Shown piece after piece: positions 11,378 through 23,879 of a DNA stretch of 64,000 bases. The position numbers and the translations under genes were made by a program. The stretch is taken from contig NIVC01002246.1 in the NCBI GenBank assembly GCA_002269645.1, positions 1-64,000 on the forward strand, given 5' to 3'. The notes beneath the pieces were generated by a model. That model had not been told where the DNA came from. It saw only the letters and a list, made by a program, of their open reading frames with translations, and ran no database searches. Positions within the stretch are counted from its first letter, which is position 1, and the number at the start of each line of letters is the position of its first letter. This DNA is from Macrostomum lignano. Taxonomy: Eukaryota.

Positions 11378-14300
11378 TCAGGAATAGGTCAGCCGATCAG
11401 GGGCTTTTCGGAGCCTCTGACTTCGACGAGAAACTTGGTACTCGGGACTTTGATCGCTGGTTGTCTCCACTTCAGCAGGAGTCGTAGTTTCCATTTCCTT
11501 ATCATTGCTGCTGCCAACATTGGCAGGTCCAGGCGAGGTAATCTCTTGTGAGTTCTCTGTAGTCCTTGGCGTTGCATCAGATGCATGGACAACCCGTCCT
11601 TTGCTGTCCAAGTAGGTATTTGATCCATGAAGTCCTTGGATTTCTTCTGGGACCTTGTCTGACTTTCCTTCTACGTTGATGTAGACAGGAATTGGGGTAG
11701 TTAGCGGTTTGTCCCATTCTGTAAAGGTTGCAGTGAGGCGCGTTCTTGGGCGTTGCATAAACAGTTGTGCAGCAGGAATCGCTCCTTCGGAATTCGGTGT
11801 AGTGTTCTTCGAAAGGCAGAATGATATCAACACCTTCTCACATTCGGAACCTATGTCATTACTGTTCTGCTTCAGAGTCACTTTTAACTCTTGGATAGCT
11901 CTCTCCACAATCCCATTTGACTGGTGATGACCAGGTGGTGTTAGGACATGGTTAATTAGATTCATCTTAAGAAATTCTGCGAACTCTTTTGATCGAAAAT
12001 TAGTTCCATTGACAGTCACAATGCACGTTGGAAGTCCCATGTACTTAAATGTTCGTCTGCATGCTGGAATAAGAGAGTTGGCTGTGAGATTTGACAGCTG
12101 ATGTACATCAATCCACCGAGAGAAGGAGTCGATGAGAACCAAGAAGTGTTTCTCCTTGAAATATGCTATGTCCAGATGAACACGTTCGAAGAAGAACTTT
12201 GCATCTTCCCATGAATGCAGATTTGCATTTGTTCGCTTTCTCGAATTTAGTTGGCAGGAATCGCAGAGGCCGGCTGCGCGGATCCAACATGCGCCGCCAG
12301 CCCACCCCGTCCACTGAGGATTTGGATCTGCCGGGTGGCGCCGGAGACCATGAGGCCCAATGTCAGCGGGCCCCAGCCGTACCAAGGTGGTCTCGTGCCC
12401 AGCGTCCAGGAGGACCTGCGGCGTCGCAGAGGGCTTGCGTGGGCGGCTTTCCGCTCAGTGCGCATCGTGCTCCAAAGCGACGCCCTGCCAGACCAGCTGA
12501 GAACCAGACTGTTCCAGGCGGTGGTGGAAACGGTGCTCTTCTACAACGCCGAGACCTGGACCATGACGGATGTGCTGGAGCGCCAGCTGGACGCGGCGCA
12601 CTCCAGCCTGCTGCGCGCTGCCTTCAGCGTGCACCGTCACGCCGAACACGTCACCAACCAGGCTCTCTACCAGCGGGCCAAGCTGAGCCCTCCCAGCGTG
12701 ACCCTGCGACAGCGCCGCCTAAAGCTGGCGGGCCACGTCATTCGCGCCGAGTCCTACTGCCCGGAGCCGCTGCAGGAGGTCTTGCTGTACACGCAGCAGG
12801 GCCCGTTCCGGCGGGGGCAGGCGCGGACCCGGAGGTTCGTCGACTGTCTGACAGAAGACGCCAGGGCGCCTGATCAGATCAATGGCGCTACCTTCATCAG
12901 AGACTGCGCAGCTAAGCGTGCTTTTTGACAATGTCCCCCCCTTTCCTGACCACTTGTGGCCGGTGGCCATTGTATTTATTGTATTGTATTGTATTGGCAG
13001 GAAGGACACCTTTGAACGAAGCTATTGATCTGGGCGTCAATGTAAGGCCACCAGAAGTACTCTCGAGCTAGTCTGATCATGCGCACAATGCCCGGATGAT
13101 TCTCGTGAAGAATTTGAAGAATTTCTCTGCGCATGGACTTTGGAGGCACGATTCGGATCCCTTTGAACAGAATCCCGTTTTGAATGGAGTATTCCGCCTT
13201 GGATTTGGTGTACGGAAGCAGCTGTTTAGAAATGTAGCTTGGCCAACCTTGAGTAACAAACTTCTTGATAATATCAATTTCAGGGTCTCTGGTGTTGGCG
13301 ACACGCCGAAGAATTGTCCCAGAAGAAGAAAATTCTACGAGAGAGTTTACCTCCAGCAGATTGACATCAAAATTTGAAAACGAAGTAGAAGCGTTTGTTG
13401 AAGGAATTCTGGACAGAGTATCTGCTGCGAGCATGGTGTCTCCTTTTGAGTAAGTGACAGTGTAGTCATAGGATCTGAGCAGCAATGCCCATCTCTGGAG
13501 TCTCGCAGAAACTCGGTCAGGAACTTTCGTTGTAGAGAAGATGTACTGCAAAGGTCTGTGATCAGAGATGATTGTAAAATGACGGCCTGCCAGAAATTGA
13601 TGAAAATATTTTACACCCTCGATAATTGCAAGAGCCTCCCGCTCAATGTTGGCGTAGTTGGCCTCAGCCTTGGTCAAAACTCTGCTTCCCAGCCATACAA
13701 CTTCTTTTTGGTTCGTGTCGTGGGACAGCACAAATCCGACTCCACTCTGAGAAGCGTCGCAGGTTAGAAACAACGGCCTTTTTATATCATAAGAAACGAT
13801 TCGACCTTCCGTTACAGCAGCTTTCAGTTGGGAGAACGCACTTGAGTGAACGACAGTCCATTTCCACTGAACCCCTTTCTTTAGGAGGTAATAGAGCGGC
13901 TTGGCGATCATAGAGAAGTTCCGACAAAAATCCCGTAGTGTCTTAAGGTGCATATAGCACTTCTCAATTGATCCCGGTCTTTTGGCTCTGACAAGTTGGA
14001 TAGAGCTTCCACTCTTGCAGGATCAGGCAAAAGTTTCCCATCTCGGAGGAGAAATCCCAGAAATGTGACTTCTTTCTTGCACTCCTGAGTCTTACGCTCA
14101 TTGATCTTGAATCCATGCTTTTTCAGTTTTTCCTTGACTTGCACCAGGATCTGTCGATGCTGCTCCACTGTTTCAGTGCCTAGAATGATGTCGTCCTGAT
14201 AAGAAGCAGTGCCTGGTATTCCTTTGAGCAAGATATCCATAACTTCCTGAAATATCAGTGGTGCTGCCGATATCCCAAATTGTAACTTGCGGAAGGCAAA

Positions 14301-15115
14301 ATGTCCTACGTGGGTGGAAATACACGTAAGATCCTGACTTTCTGGCGTTAGGGAATCTGCAAGAATGCGTCTTCGAGGTCAAGCACTGAATACACTTTCG
14401 AATTTGGGATCTTTTGAAGGATTTCTTTCAAAGTTGGCAGTCGATATCGATCTCGGTCTATCAGTCTGTTGAGAGTGACTGAATAGTCTCCACACAGTCT
14501 AATGGGTCTCTTTGATCCTTCTGGTTTCAACACAGGAACAATAGGGCACGATACCTTAGGCGAGTGAACTGGGTAGATGATACCTGCACTTTCCAGTCTT
14601 TTCAGCTCCAGTTCAACCAAAGTTTTAATTGAGAACGGAAGGGATCTGGCAGGAAAGCACATTCCATCGGTAGAGGCCCCGTCCTTCAGGCGAAAGCTGG
14701 CCTGGAATCTTGAATTTTCATCACACTGCACTGGATGGCACAGAAATTCGTCTACCGTCAATAGGTTGAAGGCACGAATAAAATTTATTCCCAAAATGGC
14801 TTGACTGGATGGGTCCCCGACATATGTCTCCGCATGCTGTTTTGCCGTTTCTCAGCTCAATCTTGACGTCCTTAGCCATGCCTCGTACGGAAACTGAAGC
14901 TCCCCCGAAAACTTTGAGTGATCGAATGTCCGCGTCAACCATGTGCAATCCGGCTTGCTCTACGATGGTTACTGGCAAAATTGTTACCTGACTACCAGAG
15001 TCGACGCACATATGGACTGTGGAATCACCGATCGTGCAGACTATTTTCCAGAGTTCGTCGCATGGAGTAGCCTTGATCACCGAGTACACAGCTGAATCAG
15101 CTGAATCATTTTTAT
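11378..15115 (-). mobile_element. Ty3/Gypsy LTR retrotransposon pol relic (protease-RT-RNaseH-integrase), frameshifted, no gag or LTRs seen
   Basis: Protease VDSGSQVT, RT RLCGDYS/LDLEDAFLQ/YQDDI, RNase H CDAS..EREALA..SDHRPL, integrase H..HPG..CPSC and DSFSRWI..VNGTNF..NGIVERAIQ, and the tail RRSQRLRKAPDRL, all in Gypsy domain order. Confidence 0.92.
12261..12993 (+). mobile_element. 5'-truncated RTE-clade LINE inserted in the Gypsy integrase
   Basis: RT C-terminus DLRRRRGLAWAAF..RLFQAVVETVLFYNAETWT..RRLKLAGHVIR; (ttgta)n tail; 10-bp TSD ttggcaggaa at 12251-12260 and 12994-13003. Confidence 0.9.
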
Positions 15116-15645
15116 CTGACTATCTTTTATAATAATTAAAAACTCAATTCAATAGTGTTCTACTATAATTACAGCTATGCCTATAGTTATGGGAAAATTT
15201 GGAGTAGCACTTTTTTGAGCGAAATTTGGTTACAGATTGCAGCTATAGAGATCTTGCCAATTGGTAGCTACGGTTATAGATTACGGAGATTTGGAGCACT
15301 ATATATAATTTACTATAACAAAAAAAATTAAATATAAAATTGAAATCAGGTAGAGTTGCTCACTTTGCAAATAAGTTGCTCACTTTGACTCACAAATGTT
15401 GATAATTTGTTTTTTATAAAAAAACAAGCTGTTGAAACCTGCGGATTTTGAACCCGGGGAATTCCAATACCCGGAACTACTTTTGCATGTATTCTGAAGT
15501 CTAAGGCCATACACAAACAAAAACTTGTTAATAGTTAGTAGGATGGAGCACATTCGTGTAAAATTAGGGTTTGAGACATTGTTGGCTGGGGTACTGCGCA
15601 GAATGTCAGGCAATGTCTGTCTGACTCTAAAACATACGACGTATA

Positions 15646-16083
15646 TTGCTAAACTCTGGTCTCTCCTTGACTCTCCTTAAGTCCCTTGGATCCTTTAAAA
15701 TTTCTATTGTCTCTTTGTTTCCTCTCATCTCTCTCGTCCCTCGTCTCTCCTCTCTCCCCTCTTCTCTCGTATCTTCCCTCATCTCTCTTCTCTTTCATCT
15801 CTCTTATCTCATCTCTTGTCTCTTTTCTCTCTCCTCTCCTCTCTCCTCTCTACTTTTTCGTTTTCTCTCTCCTCTTCTCTCTCCTCTCTCCTCTCACCCC
15901 CTCTTCTCTCTTATCTTCCTTCTTTCTATTCTTTTCTCTCTTCTCGTAACTCTCTCCTCTACTCTCTCATCTCTCCCCTCTTCTCTTGTCTCTTCCCTCA
16001 CCTCTATTCTCTCGTCTTTGCTCTCTCATCTTTCCTTTCTCTTCTTTTATCTTTTCTCTCTTATCTCTTCTCATTTCTCTCTG

Positions 16084-16170
<87 letters not shown>

Positions 16171-16690
16171 GTTATCTCTCCTCCTCTCTCTACTCTCTCC
16201 CCTCTCCACCTCTTTCCTCTGTACTCTTTTCTTTCCCCTCTTTTGACTCCTCACTTTCCTTTCTCCTTTCTTCTTTTCTCTTTTCTTCCCTTTTCTATAC
16301 TCTGTCTCCCTCTCTTCTCTCACTCCACTCTCCTCTCTCCGTTATCTCTCATCTCTCATCACTCCTTCCACCTCTCTCATCTCTACAACCTTAGAGATGT
16401 AGAGATGTATCTTTATCTCTTCTCTCTTCCCTTTACTCTCTCATCTCTTCTTTCACCTGTTTCCTCTCTGCTCTCCTCTCTGCTGTCTCCTCTCTCCTCT
16501 CATCTGCAGCTCTCTGCTCTCTCATCTCTACTCTCTCCTCTTGCTTTTCCTTTCTCCCCTCTTCCCCCCTCTCTCTCATCGTCCTCACCCCCTCATCTCT
16601 CCTATTATCTTTTATCTTTTCTTTTATCCCCTCTGTCGCCTCTTCTCTCTTAGAATCGTCTATTCCTTCTTCTTTCCACTCTCATCTGCC
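15646..16690. repeat. CT-rich low-complexity tract with a (CT)n core
   Basis: Near-pure pyrimidine tract with a perfect (ct)n run at about 16087-16165. Confidence 0.95.
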
Positions 16691-17302
16691 CCTCAGCTAT
16701 GAGCTGGATTCTTTATCTGGCCTTTAAGGTAAAAGTCTACCCATCCCTGCTTGGAAAGCCAGTTTGTGGGACGTAGTACTCTCATGGTTGTTCTCATGCT
16801 TTGATCATGTCATCTTTCTTGCCAATTTGCAGCCCTGAAAGGAATTTGTGTATCTTTAGCTCCACTGCAGTCTGCATCAGTCTAACAACCAAGGAAATAC
16901 GCATTTCCTAGGAGGCCATTTAATATTTACACAGTACCTTTTAAAGAAACCTAAAATTTCCATGGTGTGCCTAATTTAGTAGGGTTGTATTGCATTGCAT
17001 CGCATCGCCTTTTCATAATCTTTCGCTTTTACAAACCATGCTGGATAGTGGATTCCCTCGATTTGCCAATTGCCAATTGCCATCCAGTGTTAAACTGCTG
17101 CAGAGTTTGCCAATACAGAGGGGAGGGCAGTGGTTAGAATTTCTCACTAAACTGTTATGGCTAAACGTAGCCTCTCCACTCTCGGGGTGCAGAGAAGGCT
17201 ATAAATAAAGTTATTCCAAAACACTGTACATTTGCTATGTACATTCAGTCCTATCGCCTGACCCATCGTCTGGCTCTGGGGGAATGAGTGAGTGAGTGGC
17301 AC

Positions 17303-17927
17303 AAACAACAGAAAAAGCAGACAAACTTCACATGCTTACAGTTTCTTTTTCGGTTGAGTTACAGAGTTGAAACTTTACATTTAGATAGAGAATTGGTCAA
17401 TGAAGAATTGTGTCAAGTTTGAAGTCAATCGCTTTACGTGGAGCAAACTTATGGCAGCTGAAAGTTAGTCAATTTTGAAACCCTTTTACATATCTGGGCC
17501 CAGATCGGGAAAGACAGGCAGGCAGGCGGAGGTTGGGGTGGCTGCCTCGCTGAAAAAAACAGCCTAACTTTAAAAGTGCACAGCGCCGTTCAGGATTCAT
17601 TTTGAGACTTGAAATTTTACACGATTGTGCCAAAATTTAAGATAAGAGTTTAAGATTATCTGTGTCAAATTTGAAGAGAATCAGTAGAAGTGGAGCAGTG
17701 CTATGGAGGATTTAGTGAAAAAATCGCGCATTTTGAGCAGTTTTTTGCACTTTTAGGTAGGAAGACTCAAATTTAGGAAATTAAAAGGTAGCCTAAGACA
17801 TTCTCCGTAGTGAGTTTAAGGTGGGTGTAAAGTTTGGTGTCATTTGGTTGAGCGGTTTGGGAGTCCATAGCGATCAAAATTGTCCACAGACACACAAACA
17901 GAGTTTTGATTTTTATATGTAGAGATA
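17303..17927 (+). mobile_element. Possible non-autonomous Helentron-associated (HINE/DINE-1-like) element
   Basis: 5' aacaacagaaaaagcagacaaac and a 3' end ..ggttgagcggtttgggagtccatagc..acagacacacaaacag..tttttatatgtagagat resemble DINE-1/HINE termini. Based on recall only. Confidence 0.4.
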
Positions 17928-18308
17928 AAATTATCTTTTTGTAAAAAATGTTATTTTTATTTAAATTTTTCTATTTTTGGCTAAATAAATGGATACATTG
18001 CCAGCTATCTTATATAAAATGCATTTATATTTGTTGTACCAAACTAAAACTATTAGGGGAGGGCCTATACTAAAATCTCTATAATCTAAATATACTAAAT
18101 CTTTAATATTTGTTTGTATGTTTGCTTGCTTGTTACTAAATTTGAAGTTTTTGCTTATTGCTTGATCTTGGTTTACTTTGGCTTTATATTTTTGCTTTTC
18201 ACTTTGGAAATAAGTTGTTTTTGTTAGGCTTAATTTTGTTAATTTTTAATAGGCCTATAGCTACAATAAAATTTGGAATACATAGATTTGATTATCTAAA
18301 ACTGTGGT

Positions 18309-19213
18309 GGCTCATTCCATATAAGCATGGTCGTAACATGATAGGTTATTTTTACTTATAAAATGAAATCTAATAATAGAATATACTAAACCAATATTTT
18401 AAATGAAAGATTATTTTGTCTAGAATATATTTATAGAGTTTCATATAGATATCATCATTAGTATAGATGCTATTAAACCTTAAATGACACTTATGGTCGT
18501 AACGACAGGATTTTTGACATATAGAAACTAAAAAGTAAAAGTCTTATAACATTTTTCATTTTTGATATTTTGCAATACATTTTTAAAATTTGACTAAGAA
18601 CATCTTTAGAAATCATACTCTTTTATTAGAATATATAAACTCAAAAGGCAACAAAGATACAAAAGAAAAGGCAGCCTTATGGTCGTAACATTATGGTCGT
18701 AACATATTTTTTTCTGTCAATTCAATAACTTTGAGGTACTAATACATTAAAAATATAATAGATTATTTGGTTACTAATACTTTTATCTGATGATGCAAGT
18801 ACTATACTTTTATCTATAGTTTGTTTCAACCTTCAAAAGCTTTCTATTTGTTTTTAAAAGGTACAAAATCTTAATGATGTCTTTTGCTTCGAAAAATGTC
18901 CAAATTTTTACAAAAATGACTTTTTGCCAATTGATAACATACTAATCCAACATTTTACTATTCCTTCATTCTTAGATTGTATATATTGCACAATATAAAC
19001 ATTTGGTAAAAAAATAGGCTAATTAGGCAATGGCAAGCAAAAATATTGACTTTTTTCTATTTTCCAAATATGTCCATCTGGCAATCTTCCTCTTTCGTTC
19101 GTTTAATTATTTCCGGAATTATTTCGCCCTCTATTCAAGGGTGGTGGGGGGTGGGGGTTGGAATTAAACGAACGAAAGAGGAAAATCGCCGTCCATCTTA
19201 TATGGAATGAGCC
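18309..19213. mobile_element. Non-autonomous TIR DNA transposon (MITE) with a 4-bp TSD
   Basis: Perfect 17-bp TIR ggctcattccatataag (18309-18325) / cttatatggaatgagcc (19197-19213); tggt on both flanks; internal ttatggtcgtaac repeats. Confidence 0.8.
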
Positions 19214-20304
19214 TGGTATAGAATTGCAGCTATAGAGATGGCATGATAAAATTCAGTATGGCTAGGCCTATGCCCTACGGCTACAAAGATACAAAGGTGT
19301 GACAGTAGAACAAGAACAGTAGAAGTAGAACACTACAATTCAAGATGTTGCATTGCCCCTTCAGTTTTTTACTGCCTCCCCTTATCCTGAAACCTCTGGA
19401 CATGCCCCTATATTCATGTTAACTTTAGCCCCTACCACCCAATCATACAATTTACACAATATTTATAGTGACTACACAGCTATAGGGCTTCCTTTCCTAT
19501 CTTTATCATTGGCTGGATAGAAAAGTTTTTGATTTTCTATCAATAATATATTACTATTAGGTCCTTAGAATAGAATAGAATATTGTTCATTAGCTAAAAA
19601 TTTGGCTTAAGTTAAGTATGCCTAATATGTTTTAACGATCCCATATTCCCATAGTAAAAAAATAATTCGAACATGAAACAACAAATATGCAACTTCAGCA
19701 ACAAATATTGCATGATTTTATTTGAAAATATTGAATAATTCACTTAGGCCTATTAAACATAAAACAAGTTATTGCAATAAAAAGCAAAGCCATACTATAT
19801 TGACTACATCAACATTAAAGAAATAAACATAAAGCTTCTTTTTGTTATGGATTCAGTGAAATTTTATAAGGAAAGACAACATTCAAGTTTTATAGTTGCA
19901 CGATGAGCAATGTGAGGGTTCCCCGACAGATATTCGCGTCAGATATTTTCTCCTTCAAACGGATAATTCAAACAAAAAATGAATTTATGTTTCGGGATCT
20001 TAAAGAAAAAAATATTAGTACGAATACAAAGTGTGTCAAAACGAATTTTATCACACATTCCTTACAAAAAAATTCTCACGCCAAAGAACTTATGAAGTAA
20101 CGGTAGCAATGAATTTTTTGTCAGTTTCTGACGCATGTCTCAACTTTGCAATGACACCTTAGACACATGTCCTACTTTTGTATTTCCTGGGATATCTGCT
20201 TCCAAAGTGTGCTTTCCGTGAGTCATTCATCATCCGTACCAAGACCAACCAAAACTTTGACTTATCGCTCCGTCTCTATGCTTCAATCATTTGCTCTGAA
20301 ACTT

Positions 20305-23300
20305 CCCAGTGAAAAATGATTCATGGATTCCACGTGGGTTCCACGTGGCCATGTGGAATTTAAATGTTTCTTTATTTTTTGCAAATTATTAACTTAAAGA
20401 TGACATAATGGTATGCAAAGTATTTTTTATGCATTATTTTTTTATTTTTACTGTCCTAATGTTGATGTGGATTTTACAAGGAATTCATGAGAAATAAGCG
20501 TATATTGATTCAACATGGAATCCACTTCGATAAAAAACTGTGATACACCATATTCAGACATTTTTAGGAAATTACTATAATTAATTATTACATTTATATG
20601 TTTTTAAGTTAAAATTAATATCTTAAAGCTAAATTATAATCGGCAAAAAAGACACTGTTTGTTAAAATAGACAAAATAGAAGTGAACAATAAAAAACGCT
20701 TCGTGCTTTTTAAAATTAAATTAATTTTATTTTATATTCGTCAATGTTTTGGTTCAAGGCCTTGAAAGATAAATTGCCTTGTTTATGGCTATTTAAGCAC
20801 CTTAAAAATTTTAGTAGACCTAGCCTATAGGCAATAACTTATCAGGCCATAGCCTCCATGAGATTAGAAATTAGATAAATCAGTATTTTATCATAGATAG
20901 GCCTAATACTTTTGGTAAAATCCATGATAAATTTATTTAGGCCTAGGCCTCCAATTTCTAGAAATCCCATGGCCATGTCCATAGATTGGCTACTCATTTT
21001 TTTAACTTAAATAGACCTTTAGAAGTTCATAATTTCCTCTTAGTCCTACCTATTATTAGTCCTATCTATTTATATGTATGCTTATTAGGCGTATTTTAAG
21101 CTAGGCCTGCTATAACTATCAATTTAGGTCCTTCTATTTTAATTAAGGTTAGGACTAGCTTGACTTTGTGAATTGTGACTAGTCAATCTAGTTAATATGT
21201 TAAAAATCAATTAATTTATGATTTTCTTCAAAAAAGTCTGTTAGCATCTTTTGGACTTGTTGCATTTTTAAAAACAATATTATTAATTATAATAAATAAT
21301 TCTTTGCAATTACACTTGCAACTTGCTTTTGGCATAGCTAGCCTAGCAGATCCCTAAGGTTGCTATTAAAAATAAAGAATGATTATTGTAAATTTGATCT
21401 GATTTAGGCCAAGTCCAGAATTTAATTTTAAGCCATAAGGCATAGCTATTTAGGCTTAGGTTAGGCCTAATGTTTAATTATACTATTTTTTTTATTAGAG
21501 GCAGGGGGGTTGTGTGCACCCTGGCGCACTTTAAGCGACATAGGCATACAACTGGCAAGAGGCATTGCTGCCTATTCCGCCGACTCCCCTAAGCAGGCAC
21601 ACAAGTGTGCGGATATGTATGCAAGCACACTCATACAGGAATGTACAGCGGCCCTAGCTTTATTTATCGTTAGGCATGTATACTTCACTGTGCCTTGGGG
21701 GGTTGGCTCTCAAGGCCATTAATTGCATGAGCAGAGAGCCAAGCTGAGATTCCAATTCAGCTCCAAATTAATATGACTGTACTTGGATTCAAGCTTGGGT
21801 CGCTGGCACACCAGAGCAGCTGCGTTACTACTTGGCTACGGCCCCCCTTTTAATCATACTAGGCCAGCAAATATGAAAAACATGCATTGCTTTGCCTAAA
21901 TACTTTATAGTCTAAAATCAATTTTAAAATAAAAAATTAAATTTATAGAAACATATATTAATTATTTTTATACTTATTATTTTAATTTTATTAATTTTAT
22001 TTTATTGATTGACTTAGGTAGGGTTTTCTTTTTTGCTAGAGACAAGGTGCAAAATCATACCCTATGCTCACTTTTAGGGTTTTATGATTTTAAGGCTTAG
22101 AATGTAGTTTCTTTTTTTTCTTATATAAAGGCAATGCAAATAAGGCTTCAACATAAAAATAGGTAATGAGATCGCACCTAAACTGTATCAACTTTTTAAT
22201 TTCAGTTTTCAAGGTACAATTTTAAGATTTAGGGTGCACTTGACTTACTTGACTTAGCTGCAGGGGGCTCTGTGCATCTGGAAACAGCGAGGAGGCATTG
22301 CTGCCCATTTCGCTAACCCCTGGCGAAGGCATATGCACACTTTGCGCTAAAAAAATAAACCTAAGACTTAGGCCTAGTTAATTTTAAAATAAACTTTATT
22401 AAGTATTCATCCTTAAATTAGTTTTATGAATTATATTAATATTATCTATCAATCTTAATTGGCAACAATTATTTTTCTATTTCATTTCAGCCTAACATTA
22501 CATGGCCCATCCTTAAACTTGGATGTCACCTTGGTCTTGCCTTTGAAGAAGCATGCAAAGCTACTTGGAATTGGAATTTAATATCTCGAATGCTACCTTT
22601 TGTGAAGTAATGGTAAGTTTTAGTTATAAACTGATTTTTTTCTGTCATCAAAATCTGTTATAAGATCAAAATCTATAAAAATCTATTACAAAATCTGTTA
22701 TCAATCTGTTATAAAATTCTGTAATTTAACCCCTTTCTTTTCTAAGGTTGCTCACCTGACCTGAAGAAGCAGCATTCTGGCAATTGGCAGCAGCATGTTT
22801 CTGACTGTTCTAATTCTGGTGCATTATATTATTGTTAATTAATTAATGCTATTGACAATGTCAATTTCAAATTATATATTATATCATATGCGCAGCGCAA
22901 CTTTAAAGATATCAATATCTACATCAGTGTGTTTATTCTTTGTGTGCTAGTGACTCACTACTGTACATAAATACACCTTACTTATTGATACATCCTTTTT
23001 GAATATATTTTTGTGCAGAAATATTTTTGGCTATAGCTAATGTTTTATCTGTGTTTCAGTTTCTTTTATATGGTATTGAGATCTGGGGTTTGTATGAAAT
23101 TTTGAGATCTGGTATTATTTTGAGATTTAGGATGCAACAATTTATTATGGCAACCAGTATAATGGCTGCTTACTCAATGACAATGTGGATTCTATGTGAA
23201 ATACATAATTACTTCCATGTGGATCTTCCATGTGGAATCCATATCTTGATTCCACATGGATGGACGGAGACAAATGCACATATGGATTTCATATGAAAAA

Positions 23301-23334
23301 TCCACATGGAATCCATATCATTTTTTTCACTGGG
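20305..23334. mobile_element. Non-autonomous CMC/EnSpm-like DNA transposon, 3.0 kb
   Basis: TIR cccagtgaaaaatgat / atcatttttttcactggg; 2-bp TSD tt inferred from the intact satellite unit; subterminal atggattccac/atggaatccac repeats at both ends. CCC termini with a 2-bp TSD fit animal EnSpm. Confidence 0.8.
21486..21847 (-). mobile_element. tRNA-derived SINE, copy 1
   Basis: Reverse-strand homolog of 50035-50400; tRNA-like head with A/B boxes, A-rich tail, imperfect 12-bp TSD tttaattatact / tttaatcatact. Confidence 0.8.
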
Positions 23335-23879
23335 TTCTACCACTTCTTGACGCATGTCTCAGCTTTGCAGTGACACCTTAGACACATGTCCTACTTTTGT
23401 ATTTCCCGGGATATCTGCTTCCAAAGTGTGCTTTCCGTGAGTCATTCATCATTCGTACCAAGACCAACCAAAACTTTGACTTATTGCTCCGTCTCTATGC
23501 TTCAATCATTTGCTCTGAAACTTCTACCACTTCTTGACGCATGTCTCAGCTTTGCAGTGACACCTTAGACACATGTCTGACTTTTGTATTTCCCGGGATA
23601 TCTGCTTCCAAAGTGTGCTTTCCGTGAGTCATTCATCATTCGTACCAAGACCAACCAAAACTTTGACTTATTGCTCCGTCTCTATGCTTCAATCATTTGC
23701 TCTGAAACTTCTACCACTTCTTGACGCATAAAAGTCGCTTTGCTTCATGACAACAGCGTCTTCGATTCCGCTAGCCACCGCAGCCAAATAGCCGTATACA
23801 ACCTAATATGTAACAGCATACGTGTATGGTTACAAGAATGTGAAACGTACTTAGGGAATTTACTCAGATTACACAAAAT

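Larger units (their letters stand above)
20140..23729 (+). repeat. Left arm 187-bp tandem array (about 3 units), split by the EnSpm-like insertion
   Basis: The unit reads through gctctgaaac-tt / tt-ctaccacttc across 20304/23335. Confidence 0.88.
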
